Assembly: GCF_036321535.1 (NCBI RefSeq)
Contig: NC_087447.1
Coordinates: 13,020,001 to 13,084,000, forward strand
Direction: 5' to 3'
DNA: 64,000 bases
DNA from: Camelus dromedarius
Lineage: Eukaryota
Shown here piece after piece: positions 50,677 to 63,747 of the stretch (positions are counted from its first letter, which is position 1; the number at the start of each line of letters is the position of its first letter). The translations under genes and the position numbers were made by a program. Below the pieces are notes generated by a model. That model saw only the letters and a list, made by a program, of their open reading frames with translations. It was not told where the DNA came from and did no database searches.

Positions 50677-51615
50677 ATGGCTGCAGAGAACTGCTCTGTG
50701 TCTGCTGACTTCACGTTCCTGGGACTTTCTGGCAGGAGAGACGCGCAGCTGGGGCTCTTCGTGCTCTTCCTGCTGGTTTACGGCATCACTGTGATGGCCA
50801 ACCTAGGGATGATCCTGCTGATCAAGGTGGACCCCAGACTCCACACGCCCATGTATTATTTCCTGAGCAACCTGTCCTTCTGTGACATCTGCTACTCCTC
50901 CAATGTCTCTCCCAGGATGCTGACTGATTTCCTATCGGAGCAAAAGAGGATTCCATACAATTTGTGTGCCATCCAGATGTTTTTCTTTGGAACCCTTGCA
51001 GATGTGGAATGTCTCATGTTGGCTGTCATGGCTTATGACCGCTATGTAGCCATTTGCAACCCACTACTGTACACAGTCACCATGTCCAGGAGATTCTGCA
51101 CCCAGCTAATATCCATTGTCTACGTGGAAGGCTTGGTGGATTCGGCAATCCACACCTGTTTAACATTTCAATTGTCCTTCTGCCAGTCTAATATCATCAA
51201 TCACTTTTTCTGTGATATCCCGCCCTTGCTAGCCCTCTCCTCCTCAGACACATCCACAAATGAGATAATGTTGTTCATTTCTAGTAGCTGTGTTGTGGGC
51301 TGCAGCATCATCACCGTCCTCCTTTCCTACAGCTACATCATAACCACCATCCTTAGAATGAACTCGGCACAGGGGAGGCGCAAAGCCTTCTCTACGTGTG
51401 CCTCCCACTTGACGGCGGTGGCCGTGTTTCACGGCACCCTCCTGTTCATGTACTTCCGACCCAGCTCCAGTTACTCCATGGACACGGACAAAGCGGCCTC
51501 TGTTTTCTACACGGTTGTCATCCCCATGCTAAACCCGCTGATCTACAGCCTAAGGAACAAGGATGTGAAAGGTGCCCTGAAAAAAGCAATCAGCTCTAAA
51601 TTATGTTCTGGGTGA
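50677..51615 (+). CDS. Olfactory receptor, second 5W-type subfamily (probably OR5W1-like), copy B, 312 aa
   Basis: Paralog of copy A with 19 aa differences by hand count. Confidence 0.93.
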   Translation: MAAENCSVSADFTFLGLSGRRDAQLGLFVLFLLVYGITVMANLGMILLIKVDPRLHTPMYYFLSNLSFCDICYSSNVSPRMLTDFLSEQKRIPYNLCAIQMFFFGTLADVECLMLAVMAYDRYVAICNPLLYTVTMSRRFCTQLISIVYVEGLVDSAIHTCLTFQLSFCQSNIINHFFCDIPPLLALSSSDTSTNEIMLFISSSCVVGCSIITVLLSYSYIITTILRMNSAQGRRKAFSTCASHLTAVAVFHGTLLFMYFRPSSSYSMDTDKAASVFYTVVIPMLNPLIYSLRNKDVKGALKKAISSKLCSG

Positions 51616-52751
51616 TACAATGTTTTCACCCAAAAGTGCTTAAAGATCCTGAGATCTGAAGTTCACGTGCTTTGATACAGATGCAGTCTCACCAGTACAA
51701 CCTTCTGGATGTGCCCCATTACTTACCCTTGTGTGTAAAGCGAGTGGTGAAAGGGTTGTTACTGATCTTACTGCTCTCTCCAAGCTAATGAAGCGTAGTA
51801 ACATGTTCACTGTGCTGTTTTGCAGAGAGTGTCTTTCTGTTTCTTTTTTCCCTGTTCCTGGTTAGTCCTGTGAGATGTCCTGGGCAGAGCAACCCCTCCA
51901 CCTGCCACTTCAACTTACTCTCCTTAAATCTCCAGGTTTAATAAACTTGTTCAGCCAGAAGGGAGGTCAGTGGGTTAAATTAGGTTTGTTTGTATCCTTT
52001 TTATGTACCTATAGCACCCCATAAATGTTCCATCATAACACTTAGAAGTACATGAGTTGTAACTAAATAAATAAGACAAATAAGAAATCCCCCCAAGACT
52101 AAATATTCCATAACATCACAGCCCTTTCTGTCTTGTTCATTATTATTCTTTGCAATTTACAAGGCTTAGCCTTAGAAGGCAATTCAAAAATATTTATTGA
52201 ACTAATTAATGAGTGTAGCCTGAAAAAGTCATACAAAATGGAGCCTTTGTAAACCCACCAAAAAGAAAAAAAAAAAACAACTCCAAAACAAACAAACGAA
52301 AACCCCTCCATTCTTTAATTTCATTCTAGCTTGTTCTCTTTAAGTGAAATTCATCTGCGTGCTTTCTTTTGCCCTCGGCAGAAGTGAGTATCTGGAGCAA
52401 GGATTATCTGATGTAAAGCTCTTCTCAGAGCAGTCCTCTTCATTCTGCCTCAGTTATATCAGCAACCGCCCTGTGATCTGCAGCTCCAGGTTTACATCCC
52501 ACCTCGCAGTGCAGGTCAGCCTGTGGACTCCCCTTCTGGTCCTCACTGTGGAGAACAGATTCGTGTGATTGACATCTGTACAGAAACTGCATGAATGGCA
52601 GTTGGGTGTTAGGGTCCTGGACCTTCTGCAAAGGCCACTGGAGAGGACTCAACTCCCCGATGGGTTCATGGCATTATATTCATTACAATTTAAAAATAAA
52701 TAAACTGAAATGCCCCCACTGACATAGCTTAAATTGTAAAGAGGGACTTAC

Positions 52752-52823
52752 TAACAAAAATATATCTCCTTTGGGAAAAAAAAAGAACAATTAACAAAAA
52801 TATATCTCCTTTGGGGAAAAAAA
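52752..52823. repeat. 40-bp-period tandem duplication
   Basis: taacaaaaatatatctcctttggg(g)aaaaaaa occurs twice; single copy in the paralog at 40.09 kb. Confidence 0.85.
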
Positions 52824-53699
52824 GAGAAGAAAGTAGCACTTATATTAGTGTGTCATATATTGGGTCTCCATGTATCTGTGAACTAAATTAGAATTGTATT
52901 CTAAATAAAATTTTAATAATAGTCATTGCTGTTGTGCTGAATAGTTGAATTAGTTAATCCTGTAATCTTTTCCAAAAGCTTAATTAATTGCATATGTTGT
53001 TTTTCCCTGTTTTCAATTAGTTATGAATCCCCAGTTGTGAAAAACATAACACAATTTCAGTTTCTCAAAAGGATTTATTTTCTCTTAGGTTGTTGCCATG
53101 GAGGGAAGGGGGAGGTACTCTTCTCGGTTCCAGGAGGAGAGATTAATGGCTTATTAAGGGTTTCTCATGTAGATCCTCTTCCTTAATTTTAAATAGTCCC
53201 TTCATTGTATAAAATGTGCTGTAGTCAAAACATCATAGGAAAGAAACAACATATTAAATATATGCAATTTTCAGCAGGTTATGTGTGTTGCATTAGTGAT
53301 TAAACTGAATTTTACATAAAAATATTCCATTACTTCTTAAATATATCTCTTCAGTTTTGTTTTATAATCTTCATTTTTTTTTGGTTTATAGAATATATCA
53401 CATATCAGGAACCCTCAATCAGTGTCCATGCCTCTTCCCAACCCACTGTACTTTATTAAAAACATATTAAAATATTCATATCTATGCAAATTAAACCCAT
53501 TCATATTATGTAAAATTAGCTTCACTGGCCATATATGTGTAATGAAAAAATATATTTCCCCTTTCTTTTTCTTTATGGTTTTATTTCAAGATTTTGATTT
53601 AATTGTCTTTACACATAGTCAGGAAACCCAGGGTTTTTGTTTTATCTTCATTTTAAGAAATAAAAAAGATGGAAGAGAGTTTAAGATAATAACTAGACT

Positions 53700-53790
53700 T
53701 TGAAATGAGACAGACCTGAGTACAAATCTGTAAACTACCATTTACTTGTTAGATCTGTGACCTTGGCCAACTAACTCCCCATCAAGGACT
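53700..53790 (+). mobile_element. MIR fragment
   Basis: gacagacctgagtacaaatc...ctgtgaccttggccaa. Confidence 0.55.
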
Positions 53791-54650
53791 CATCCCTTGG
53801 TGCTGGAAGAAAAGACGGTATCGTTCACGGCACCACGTCATGAGATGGAGTCTCCAGGATCCATCTTTATGCACTTTACAGCCTGCTCACCCAGTCTTGC
53901 AGATTCCAGCTCACATCCCAGCCTCCGGTCATGCTTGGAGCTCTCCGCCCAGCAACCTCAGGGCTTGTTTTCCCTGCCCCTGCTGTGTCATTCCTGGTTA
54001 GAGCTGAGCGGAGACTTCTTTGCAATGACCCATGCTGGCCACATCTTTCCCAGTCCAGACCACATGCCTGCAACCGTGCCAATGATCTAATTCCCAGACC
54101 CTGCATGGCCAAGAAGGGAGTTTAGATAATTAATCCCACAGCACCTCCTTTTCTGTTCTTCTAAATGGCACACACAGCTGCAAAGGAAACACTGTCTATT
54201 GTGATGAAGCCATGCACCTCTGACATTTCCTGCTCCGCATCTAGGACACAGGGTTCGCACCACCCTCAGGCTTCCATTCCTTTCTTCCTCACTGAAAGCC
54301 TGCCCTGGCCATGCCCTACCTCACCCCTGATCTGCCTGGACAAAACCCTCCTCGTAAAGTCAGTGTCCACTGCAGTGAATGGAACTGAGGTCTGGATTTA
54401 TAACCCGGCGCATGTTCTTTAGTCTCAGAAGGCTTCCTCTCTAGCCTATCCTCTCTCCACCACTCAGCTCATCTTAGAGTTTATCACTCACTTCAGACGT
54501 TCCCCCCATACGTTCTCTGCTGGCCACGCCCCAGCAGCCGACCAAACTATCCTCTCACCATCCACCAAGCCCAGTTCTCATCTCTCAGAGGGCCTCCTTC
54601 CTCAGAAATTTTAGCTGCTTACTAATCAAGGGATTTCAGACTAAATATAT

Positions 54651-54858
54651 ATATATATATGATATATACACTTTACAATATTTATTATTGAAGTCTAGTC
54701 AGTTTACAATGTTGTGTCAATTTCTGGTGTATAGCATAATGTTTTGGTCACACATATACATACATATATTTATTTTCATATTCTTTTTCATTATAGGTTA
54801 CTACAAGATATTGACTATAGTTCCCTGTGCTATACAAGATAAATTTGTTGTTTATCTA
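54651..54858 (-). mobile_element. Camelid/artiodactyl L1 3' end
   Basis: TSD agact(a/g)aatatat at 54638-54650 and 54859-54871. Confidence 0.82.
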
Positions 54859-55331
54859 AGACTGAATATATTTTTGAGAAAATATGTTATGAGCCAGACT
54901 TGAACATAGTCAATATTGGCAAGTTGTTTTTAAGAAGCCACCATACTTGATAAAATCTTAAAATAGGCACATGTGTGTAATGTGCCCCTGTGAAGAGCTA
55001 ATCAAATACACTGCAAGAGAAAGTTTCACCTATTACAGGCATATGATGTAAATGAAAAAATCATCAGTAGTAAACTTATGTTCATTTTATAAAAATTTTC
55101 TCAGTATATACACTGGGGAAGATACTGTGATAGAGAGGCAAAGATTCAAGTAAATCTTAATTATTAATGAGTAAGTTTAGTAGAGGGACATAACAACTAT
55201 ATGATTAGATAGAAGGTGGTAGAAATCTTAGAAGCACACTTAAGATTCTAGCGAGGTTTAAAATATGAGTCAATTATATTGAAGGAGGTTTCAGATGAAA
55301 AATCATATAGGAGTTAATCTTTGAAAAAGGA

Positions 55332-55486
55332 TTTTTTTTCCTTAAAGTATAGTCGATTTACAATGTTGTGTCCATTTCTGACAGCATGTTTCATTCATAC
55401 AGGCACATACACATATATTCCTTTTCAGATTCTCTTTCATTAGAAGTTACTACTAGATATTGAATATAGTTCCCTGTGCTATACAG
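55332..55486 (-). mobile_element. Camelid/artiodactyl L1 3' end
   Basis: aagtatagtcgatttacaatgttgtg...gaatatagttccctgtgctatacag. Confidence 0.8.
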
Positions 55487-56192
55487 ACAAAAGGCTACAA
55501 TGCATGCATATTTACATGGAAATAAAATGAATTAACAAAAACTCTCAATGAACTGCATTTATTTTCTTTCACAAAATGAGGGTGGTGATATACGTCAATG
55601 GCTTATCCAATGTTGAGACTACATGTGATAATATTTAGGCTGAGGAGAGAAAAAGAGTATGAATGTGAAACATGGGATATTATATGAAGAATTGATGTAC
55701 CCCTGGGATAAATATTTAAAAATTCAAACTTATTTTATTTAACCCGTCCCCAACTAATAGGCATTTAGATTGTTTTCAATATTTGCTACTACAAGCTATG
55801 ATGCAAAGAACACTTTTGAAAGTAGTGAACTTTTATAGGTTCAATTCCTAGAAGTAGATGTGCTGGTTAAATGATATATGCATATTTAATGCCAGGTGAA
55901 TTATAGCCCATAATGAACGTTAGCTAGTTATCTTCCATAAACAACACTAATTTACACTTCCACCAACAATGAATGAGTGTGATAAAAATTTTGACTTCAA
56001 AATGATAAAGAATTAGACATAAGTGATGTAAGAGGGCTTGGTTCTAATGTTGGGCTCTGGCCCTGTTTTGTGGTCGGGGCCTCATTGCCTATAGAATCAG
56101 GGAACATCCATATTAAACTGACTTTCCCATCAGTTAGAACCAAAGGTCAAGAAACGGTGTAGGAAGGTTGTCAGGCCCAGTTTCATCCTTCC

Positions 56193-57125
56193 TTAAGAAA
56201 GCAATATTCTGCCAATCATTTTCCTAAAGGCATTTTTTACATCTTTGTTCCTTAGACTGTAAATTAGGGGGTTCAGCATAGGTATGATCAATGTATAAAA
56301 CACAGAGGTCACTTTGTCAATACTCAGTGAATGACCAGTACTGGGGCGCAAGTAAATGAAGATCAGGGTACCGTGGTAGATCATGACCACAGTCAGATGC
56401 GAAGCACAGGTGGAGAACCCTTTTTTCCTTCCCCCGGCAGAACCTGTTTTAAGAATAGCTGCCATGATGCACACATACGAGAGAAGAACTGTTAGAAGGC
56501 AGAGAGCTTCCACCAGACTAGCGAAGACCACCAGGACAATGTCATGGACGTAAGTGTCAGTGCAGGCCAGAGAGAAGAGCGGGGAGATGTCACAAAAGAA
56601 ATGGTTAATTTCCTTGGAGCAGAAAGACAGATGAAAGGTATTAGTGGTGTGAATAATGGAGCTCACGGTACCCCCCAAAAAAGCCCCAAATGCAAGCCGG
56701 CAGCAAACCCTCTTGGACATAACAACAGTATAGAGCAGCGGGTTGCATATCGCTATGTACCGGTCATAAGCCATGGCGGCCAAGAGGAAAGATTCCGTGT
56801 CAACCAAACAGCAGAAAAAATATAACTGTGCCGCACAGCCATTGTAAGAAATTGTCTTCTTGTTGGAAACCAAGTCCACCAGTAACCTGGGGGCAATGAC
56901 CGAGGAGTAGCATGCATCTATGAAAGACAATATGCGGAGAAAAAAGTACATAGGGGTGTGCAAGTGGGGACTGGTTGTGATGAGAAGAATCAGCCCAAGG
57001 TTCCCCATCAGGGTAGCAGAGTAGACGGAAAAAAACATGGCAAAAAGAGCGCTCTGAAGCTCTGGACGGTCACTAAATCCCAGGAGAAGGAACTCCGTCC
57101 TCACAGTGCTGTTCTCTGGCTCCAT
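56193..57125 (-). CDS. Olfactory receptor (class II, family 5/9 type; possibly OR9M1-like), 310 aa
   Basis: MEPENS start at 57125; [43 protein letters not shown]. The OR9M assignment rests on my recollection that OR9M1P neighbours OR5W1P/OR5W2 in human, so it is tentative. Confidence 0.92.
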   Translation of the reverse strand: MEPENSTVRTEFLLLGFSDRPELQSALFAMFFSVYSATLMGNLGLILLITTSPHLHTPMYFFLRILSFIDACYSSVIAPRLLVDLVSNKKTISYNGCAAQLYFFCCLVDTESFLLAAMAYDRYIAICNPLLYTVVMSKRVCCRLAFGAFLGGTVSSIIHTTNTFHLSFCSKEINHFFCDISPLFSLACTDTYVHDIVLVVFASLVEALCLLTVLLSYVCIMAAILKTGSAGGRKKGFSTCASHLTVVMIYHGTLIFIYLRPSTGHSLSIDKVTSVFYTLIIPMLNPLIYSLRNKDVKNAFRKMIGRILLS

Positions 57126-57714
57126 TCTCTGCAGAGCTCCTGGGCTTCTGAGGTCGCAACAGAGTGATGACGCCAGTATGGACAATAACCTCAACATCAA
57201 CATGGTTAAGATAATTAGAAGAGTAATTCTCAGTCCACTGGGGCATCCTGATAGCACCTAGGCACATCTAAAGTATAATATAATACGTAGAATTTCAATT
57301 TTTTTGAATAAAATTGATAATTACTTACTTCTATTCCTTGAAGCTATTTTCTACATTGACTGATGCACCATCAAACCAGCAGGTGAACTCCAATGCTGGG
57401 CTTCACTCTTACTGACTTTGACCCTCTCCACATTCACCAATGTCAGGTGATGGCGGTTCGCCACATTGGTGTATAGCGAACTCTGAGCAACTAGTCTCTG
57501 TTCCCCTTTGTGGTTTTTGTTTTGTTTTTGTTTTTAAGTTTACTAATAAAAGCATGGCCATTCCAGGTGAAGCCTTGTATAGATAGAGCTACGGATATTC
57601 TATATTTCTCACCTTGAGATGTGGCTTTGCCTCAGAGGATAAAAGGAACTTCTTAGAGTTGCTTGAAATCCACTGATAGAAAGAGGAAAGACTCGGAGTT
57701 AGTTCTTTAAGGAG

Positions 57715-57810
57715 CTGCCTCCCAGCCGTGCCACTCAGTAGTCATGAAAGCTTGGGCCAGCCACATGGTCACTGAGTTCAGTTTCATCATCTATCATATG
57801 GGAATGGCTG
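57715..57810 (+). mobile_element. MIR fragment
   Basis: tcccagccgtgccactcagtagt...cttgggc...cagtttcatcatctat...atgggaatg. Confidence 0.55.
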
Positions 57811-60207
57811 TGCCTTTCTCATCAAATTACATGTCAAATGAGTGTCTTCCCACAGCTCACTAGCTTCACCATCTTGTTCATTCACTGTTCTAACACTGGC
57901 GACACAGTCATTCTGAGTCAATCCATCCATTATTTTATCTGGAATCCAGGCTATAGGACACAACTAGAGAAATCCTGCTGCTTACATATTTATCAAATTC
58001 ATCTACAAATGATCTTTTGTAATATTTATAACATCCTAATCAATAAAATAAGTAAAATCTTTTACACATGTACACTTTATATGTATATGAAAGTCATAAT
58101 TAAGTTATACATGTATGTGTATATATGTTATGTATACATATATGTCATTTTTCAAAAAATTAATTACACCCAGCTCCAACAGGTTCAGCATTTAAATACA
58201 TTCAGATTTGAATATATTTTCATTTCATCTCATATTCTCCATCTCAGAACATGATCTAACAGCATGACCAAAATCTTAACCTCTACCTTTTCCTCAATTC
58301 TTTCCAGGTTCTTAATACAATTAGATGTTTTTATTAAATGTTTTATACATTCAGTATTAATAAGCATAATACAGCTGTATGAGAAGTCTAGGATTAAGGT
58401 AAGAACACTTACCAGATCACTATCTTTTTCATTTACCTTCTTACAATGCTGTCATCAGCATCCGTTCATTTTCCACTGGAAAAATCAGTTTTGACACTTT
58501 AAAAAATTGATTCATTGCAAGATGTTTTATAATCCATTTGAGCATGCCTTCTGTGTTTATAGAAGAAATTTGTGCCTCCCTTAGGAAAGCTGTAGTTCCT
58601 GAACATAATGCAAGGCGTTTTATATTTTGCTTTGAGGCTTTTGAGATTAGCTTTCTGATCTCACATCGGATCCCAGGAACACACTCTCTGATATCCAAAT
58701 CCCAGTGGGAAAATTTACGTGAGTAATTGCAGTTCTACCTACGTGTTGGTTAAGCACCAAAGGAAATAATTTAATGTGTTTTTCTGCATCTTAAGAATAG
58801 CTCAAGGAAAAATACATTGTGGATCTCAAAATAGTGGATTATTATATATAAAATTGGATTGTAATATTTGCTATCTAATTTGATTTATCCTGCTCAAAGC
58901 AAATTATCAAACAATTAATAGAATGTTCTACGTGATAAGATAGTGGAATAAACTGGAAAGAAGCAAAAATGTATCTGTCTAGGTGTTGAGAATTAGATCT
59001 TTAAGTCAACATGTAGGTGGAAAATCAATTACAAATGAAGTTAATGACTCAAATATGTGCTATAGGTGCATTATATTCAAATGGAATTTTGGCCATCCAT
59101 GGCCAGAATCTGAGAGTCTTAATTCAATAAGAATGTTTCCTCTATGAACGTGAGCCAGGCAGTGCTCTAGGTGCAAAACAGAGAAAAGGAGGATAAGTTG
59201 AACTTGGCATGAAGAATTTTGTCAAATACAGAATAATGACTGAGAGATGATAGAGGGGAAAAAAAAAAATAAGGAATCGAATAGAGTTTGGAAAGTCCAT
59301 GGCATGATTAGAGACTTGAAATAGATTTAGAGAGATGTTGCCTAATGAAAAAAAAAATACATATATATGGGGAAAAAACATGTATATCTTGACAAAGAGA
59401 GCTCTGAGCAGTTTTGACCTTCTTTCTGCCCAGAGGATTAACCTTAGCAGAAAGAAACTCTTCTTTTCCAATAATTCCAGCAAAACCCCACTTAAGTCAC
59501 TAGCTCACCTGTGTCCTCAGAAGCCAATCCCTGGATCTTTTGGTGACTGGCCACGAACACTTCCCCAAATGCCATTGGGTACAAACACAGGGACCCACTA
59601 ACAATAGGGGAGGCTGAGTCCCCACCAGAAAATCAAGACACTATTGGTAAGAAAATGAGAAATACATATTAACCCCTATAATTTGCAAGTAAGGGAGTGG
59701 CCAGATTATACATGTAAAGCAAAGCCTCTTAAAGAAATACAAGACACCTTTCTGTGTTTTTTTTTTTTCAGATATGTTTGAGGAGAACTCAGTGTTCTCC
59801 TCCATTGTTCTCAGACACCTGGGGTGTTACCTGTGAGATAACTTGGGACGGGAAAGAGAACCTGATATTTAAAGGTTTTTATTTTTGTTTGTTTGTTTTG
59901 TGAAGCTGAAGACTAAATTGACTTCCTTTTTGCTAAAACAAAGCAATGAGTCTTTCCATACAAAAAGTATGCCTGTGTCTAGCAGGACATAGGGGTCAAT
60001 ACTTACGCACGCTGAAGTAATTCTGTGTCCTTGAAGTCCCAGAGCCCGCAGTCTCTGAAGGGACAGTGCGGATTCTGGAGAGAGATCAAACTGGTAACTG
60101 GAAAAACTATGAGCCCGGGTAGCTGAGAAGTCTCTCAGTTACAGGGAAGCGCGGCACTGAAGGCTTTTCCGAGGAGACTAGAGCTCTGGTGTGTTGATGC
60201 TGTCTAG

Positions 60208-60426
60208 TCTAGTGGTTTCTGGCTGCGGTGACTTTGCCTTCCAGGGCAGATGTGACAATGTCCGGAGACATTTTTGCTTGTCACAGATGTGTTTGGCAAT
60301 GGTGCTGTCATCTAATGCGCAGAGGCCAAGGTTGCTGCTAAACATTCTATAATGTGCAGAACGGACTCTCACAGCACAGAATTTTCTAGCCCAAAATGTC
60401 ACTAGTGCTAAGGTCAAGAAACCCTG
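60208..60426 (+). mobile_element. MER20 hAT-Charlie DNA transposon
   Basis: caatgtccggagacattttt...gctgctaaacattctataatg...cccaaaatgtcactagtgctaaggtcaagaaaccctg. Confidence 0.8.
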
Positions 60427-62234
60427 TTCTTGTTGGAGGACCAAAGGTGAAAGATGCTTCTCTTAACTTCATCTTAAAATACAAAGTCTCCTGGATAATA
60501 TGGGAAATTCACTCTATTTAAAACATTTGAAACTTATGGATAAAGCCACCTGGCTCCCTAAGGTTGACTTTGATAGTTTGTGAGATTTATTTAGCTGATT
60601 TGGTCCAGTTCTCTGCGGGGCCATGGGTGAGGTCAGCTCTTCAGGTTGGTCTAATCCTGCTCATCAGATGAATTTAGACAGGGAGTTTGAGAAAAGGGAG
60701 GACCCAGTGCCTTTGACTTCTGGTTTTATTTATATGGAAAATATTGGACAGTAAAGCCAGGATTGGTGGAGAAGTAATAAAGAGCCTAGCACTGGGCAAG
60801 TTACATGATTGATGTGACTGATAAATATTTAGCTAGAGGTATAAACTAGTCAGGAGAATGTGAAAGTTTGGAACTCAGAGGATGGATCTCAGGATGTAAT
60901 AAAAATTCGGGAATCCACAATATGTAGATGGTATTTAAGGCATGAGAATAGATGATTTATTTAGGGAGGAAGTATAGAATTGGAATAACTTGGGGCAGAT
61001 CATTCACTTTGCCAGTAGCCCCACCTCCACTCGACTGGCTTCACTCCTTCAAATTATCCACTTGGCTCCCAAAGACACTTGAGTTTGTCAGCCTTAATGA
61101 CAGAAGATTAAACAAATGGCAAATATAATTATTGCTTTGATTACTCCGTGGAGTTTGTTATATGATGGTATAAACTTAATTTGCACAATGTTTATTTGAA
61201 AATATGCTCTTAGGATCGGGACTTCATATTCTGATGTGGAGAGCCCATTAGTAACCTGAGTAAGCAGGCTGCTATAGTTTGTGGTAGCTATTTACTTTTT
61301 AATCCCTTATGGTCTTTTTCAAAACAGAAATTTGGGATCTTATTCTACATATAGAAATTTTAAATTATTTTCTCTCCCTTGTCTATGATTCTTTCGTTGT
61401 CAAAATTGTAGTTTTATACTTTGGGTTTTCCTTTGTTCTCCCATGTTGACTCTGTTTTACCTCTTAATTCTAATATCTCTCTTTGGAATCTCTCACAAAA
61501 CTGTCTTGCAGTTAATTAGCCAATAATGGAAAGTGGCAAGAAATGATATAAAGAATCTGCAGAAATTTTATAAATTTGGAGAGGGGTTTAATTGATCACT
61601 GTATATTCTAGGTAAGTGGGATCAACCCTTTAGACATCTCCTTAAGGAAAAAGCAAATGGAAACTGAGGAATTTTATCCTCTGCTCTCCTTCCTGGTCAG
61701 CAGGAGGATTATGTGTGCCTTCATATACACAGCAATGAAATTGAGTCAGGAGATTCTGTACTTGAAACGTTACCTGGTATGTGCTCCATATGTTTAATTT
61801 TAAAGAATTGGAAACACATCACTCTCCGGAAGTCACATTCTTTCTCATTGCCTTACCAAAAAATAAAGCAAAACAAAACGAAGACAAAGACAAAGAACAA
61901 TAAAAACAACAAAACTTGAGTTATTTGCCTACCTCAGAGTTAAAACAGAAAAAGCAACTTGGAAAATCCCCTTCCTTAAGTCCTAGACTGATAGTAAGAA
62001 ACTAGTTTATAGTAAATCCATAATTTCAACATTTTATGGTTTCTTTATGCTTACTAATCTTTCTTGCTCTAAAGTCTACTTTGTTTTATATTAATATATC
62101 CATGCATGTGATATTTTGTATCCTTTTATGTTTATCTCAATATGTCTTTATAATTTAAGAAGATTTCTTTACAAAGCACAGAATATTGTTTTATGTCCAA
62201 AGTGATGATCTCCATCTTTAAGTTGCTGTGTCTA

Positions 62235-62754
62235 TGTTACTGAGTCCAAGCTGGTACTTACTGCTTTCCCTGTGACAGGCTATTAAACCAAGAGATGACT
62301 TGCTGGGGCAAGGAATAGCGACTTTATTCAGAAAGTCAGCAGAACAAGTAGATGGTGACCTAGTGTCCCAAAGAACCATCTTGTCCTGGTTAGGATGCTA
62401 GTTTCTTTTATAGAACAAAGATGGGGAGATATGGGGGTTAAGTAAAAAAGGCAATAAATTGCTGCAAATATTTCCTGGTTCTGGCCAGACTCCAGAGGGC
62501 ATGTGTTAACTTCTTCTTTCCTGCAGCCATTCACAGGTGGGCCTGGTCAGGATGTTTCCTGTGTGCTAAACAAAGGTATTTTAGCTTAATGCCCACGCAC
62601 GGAAAACAGGGTTCCCAGAGAAGGACAATTATGTATTCTGTAGGCTACAGGCAACATCCCTTAGTGATTAACTTGTAGCCAAAGCAGCAGAATACAAAGT
62701 TTAAAGTAAAAGAAATGGATCCAATGTGGAGTCAGATTTGTTCTCCCTAGTACA
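62235..62754 (-). mobile_element. Solo ERV1-type LTR with 4-bp TSD (TCTA)
   Basis: TG...CA termini; TCTA at 62231-62234 and 62755-62758; AATAAA on the minus strand near 62311. Confidence 0.85.
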
Positions 62755-63500
62755 TCTATACTATTTATAGTCAATGTAATTATTTATACCATTGAATATA
62801 ATCTACTGTCTTGATATATTATCTCTATTTGTTTAATCTACCCTTTCTTTCTTTCATTTCTTTTTTTTCTGTCTTATTTTGAAATATTTTTGTGATTCTA
62901 TTTATTTTGCCTCATCTATTGATGTATCATTTTTACTACTTTGAAAAATTGTAATGGCTTTCCGGGAGTTTACAATAAACTTATCTCATAAATTAAAGGT
63001 CTTCTGTGGGCCATAAATTGTCAGCTTCTAAGTCCTCGCTTATTCATCTTGCTTTTATTATCTGTTCTACTTTTACAGACTCTATAAAAGCTATTTCATT
63101 GCTAATGTTATTCTTTTTTTTTTTTTTGGCCTTCAGTCTGCTGTGTTTTAGGAAAATTAAAAATTTTAAAAATGAACAGATTTACTCATTATTCAATTAC
63201 TCATTTATCTCTTCATGAAACCTTCAATTTTCTCTTCAGTAGTATTTTCCTTCTCTCTGAGTAACTTATTTTAAGATTTCTGGTCGTGCATGCCTGCAGG
63301 TAATAAATTCTCTTGGTTTTTATTTCAATCTCAAAAAGGTTGTTTAGTCTTTCATTTTGAAAGATATTTTTATTTGTATACAATTCTGGGGTGACTGGTT
63401 TGTTTAAGATTTCAATTTTCTATCCATTTTTTCTGACTTGCATGTTTTCTGCTGAGTGGTTACCTTTTTCCCTTGAGATCAGTTGTTCTGAAGTAGAGAT
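62755..63500 (-). mobile_element. Old L1M fragment (continues at about 62040-62234, split by the LTR)
   Basis: T-rich degenerate L1 ORF2 antisense (cattttgaaagatatttt...acaattctggggtgac). Confidence 0.5.
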
Positions 63501-63564
63501 GGTTTTGTACCCAGTTCCACCTCCTTCAATACACACACACAAACACACACACCTATACACACAA

Positions 63565-63747
63565 CCAGGACTTTAGGCAATGCGTGGAATATTTTTGATT
63601 ATCACAACTGCAAGGGAGGGCTGCTGGCAGCATCCAGTGTATAGACACTACGGATGCTGCTAAACAGCCCACAAGTATAGCATCATGTCCTACAACAAAT
63701 ATTACCCAGTGCAAAATGCCAGTAGTACTGTGGTTGGAAAGCCCTAC
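63565..63747 (+). mobile_element. MER20 DNA transposon (degenerate)
   Basis: ggcaatgcgtggaatatttttgattatcacaactg...ggatgctgctaaaca...caaaatgccagtagtactgtggttggaaagccct. Confidence 0.7.

Larger units (their letters stand above)
46200..53300 (+). repeat. Segmental duplication, copy B (paralogous to about 33800-40600)
   Basis: For example 46250-46450 vs 33830-34020, and 52400-52620 vs 39700-39960. Confidence 0.85.

Noticed and set aside
57838-58254. 138-aa ORF
   Set aside because: AT-rich, low-complexity (TA/TG) sequence giving an I/Y-biased translation.
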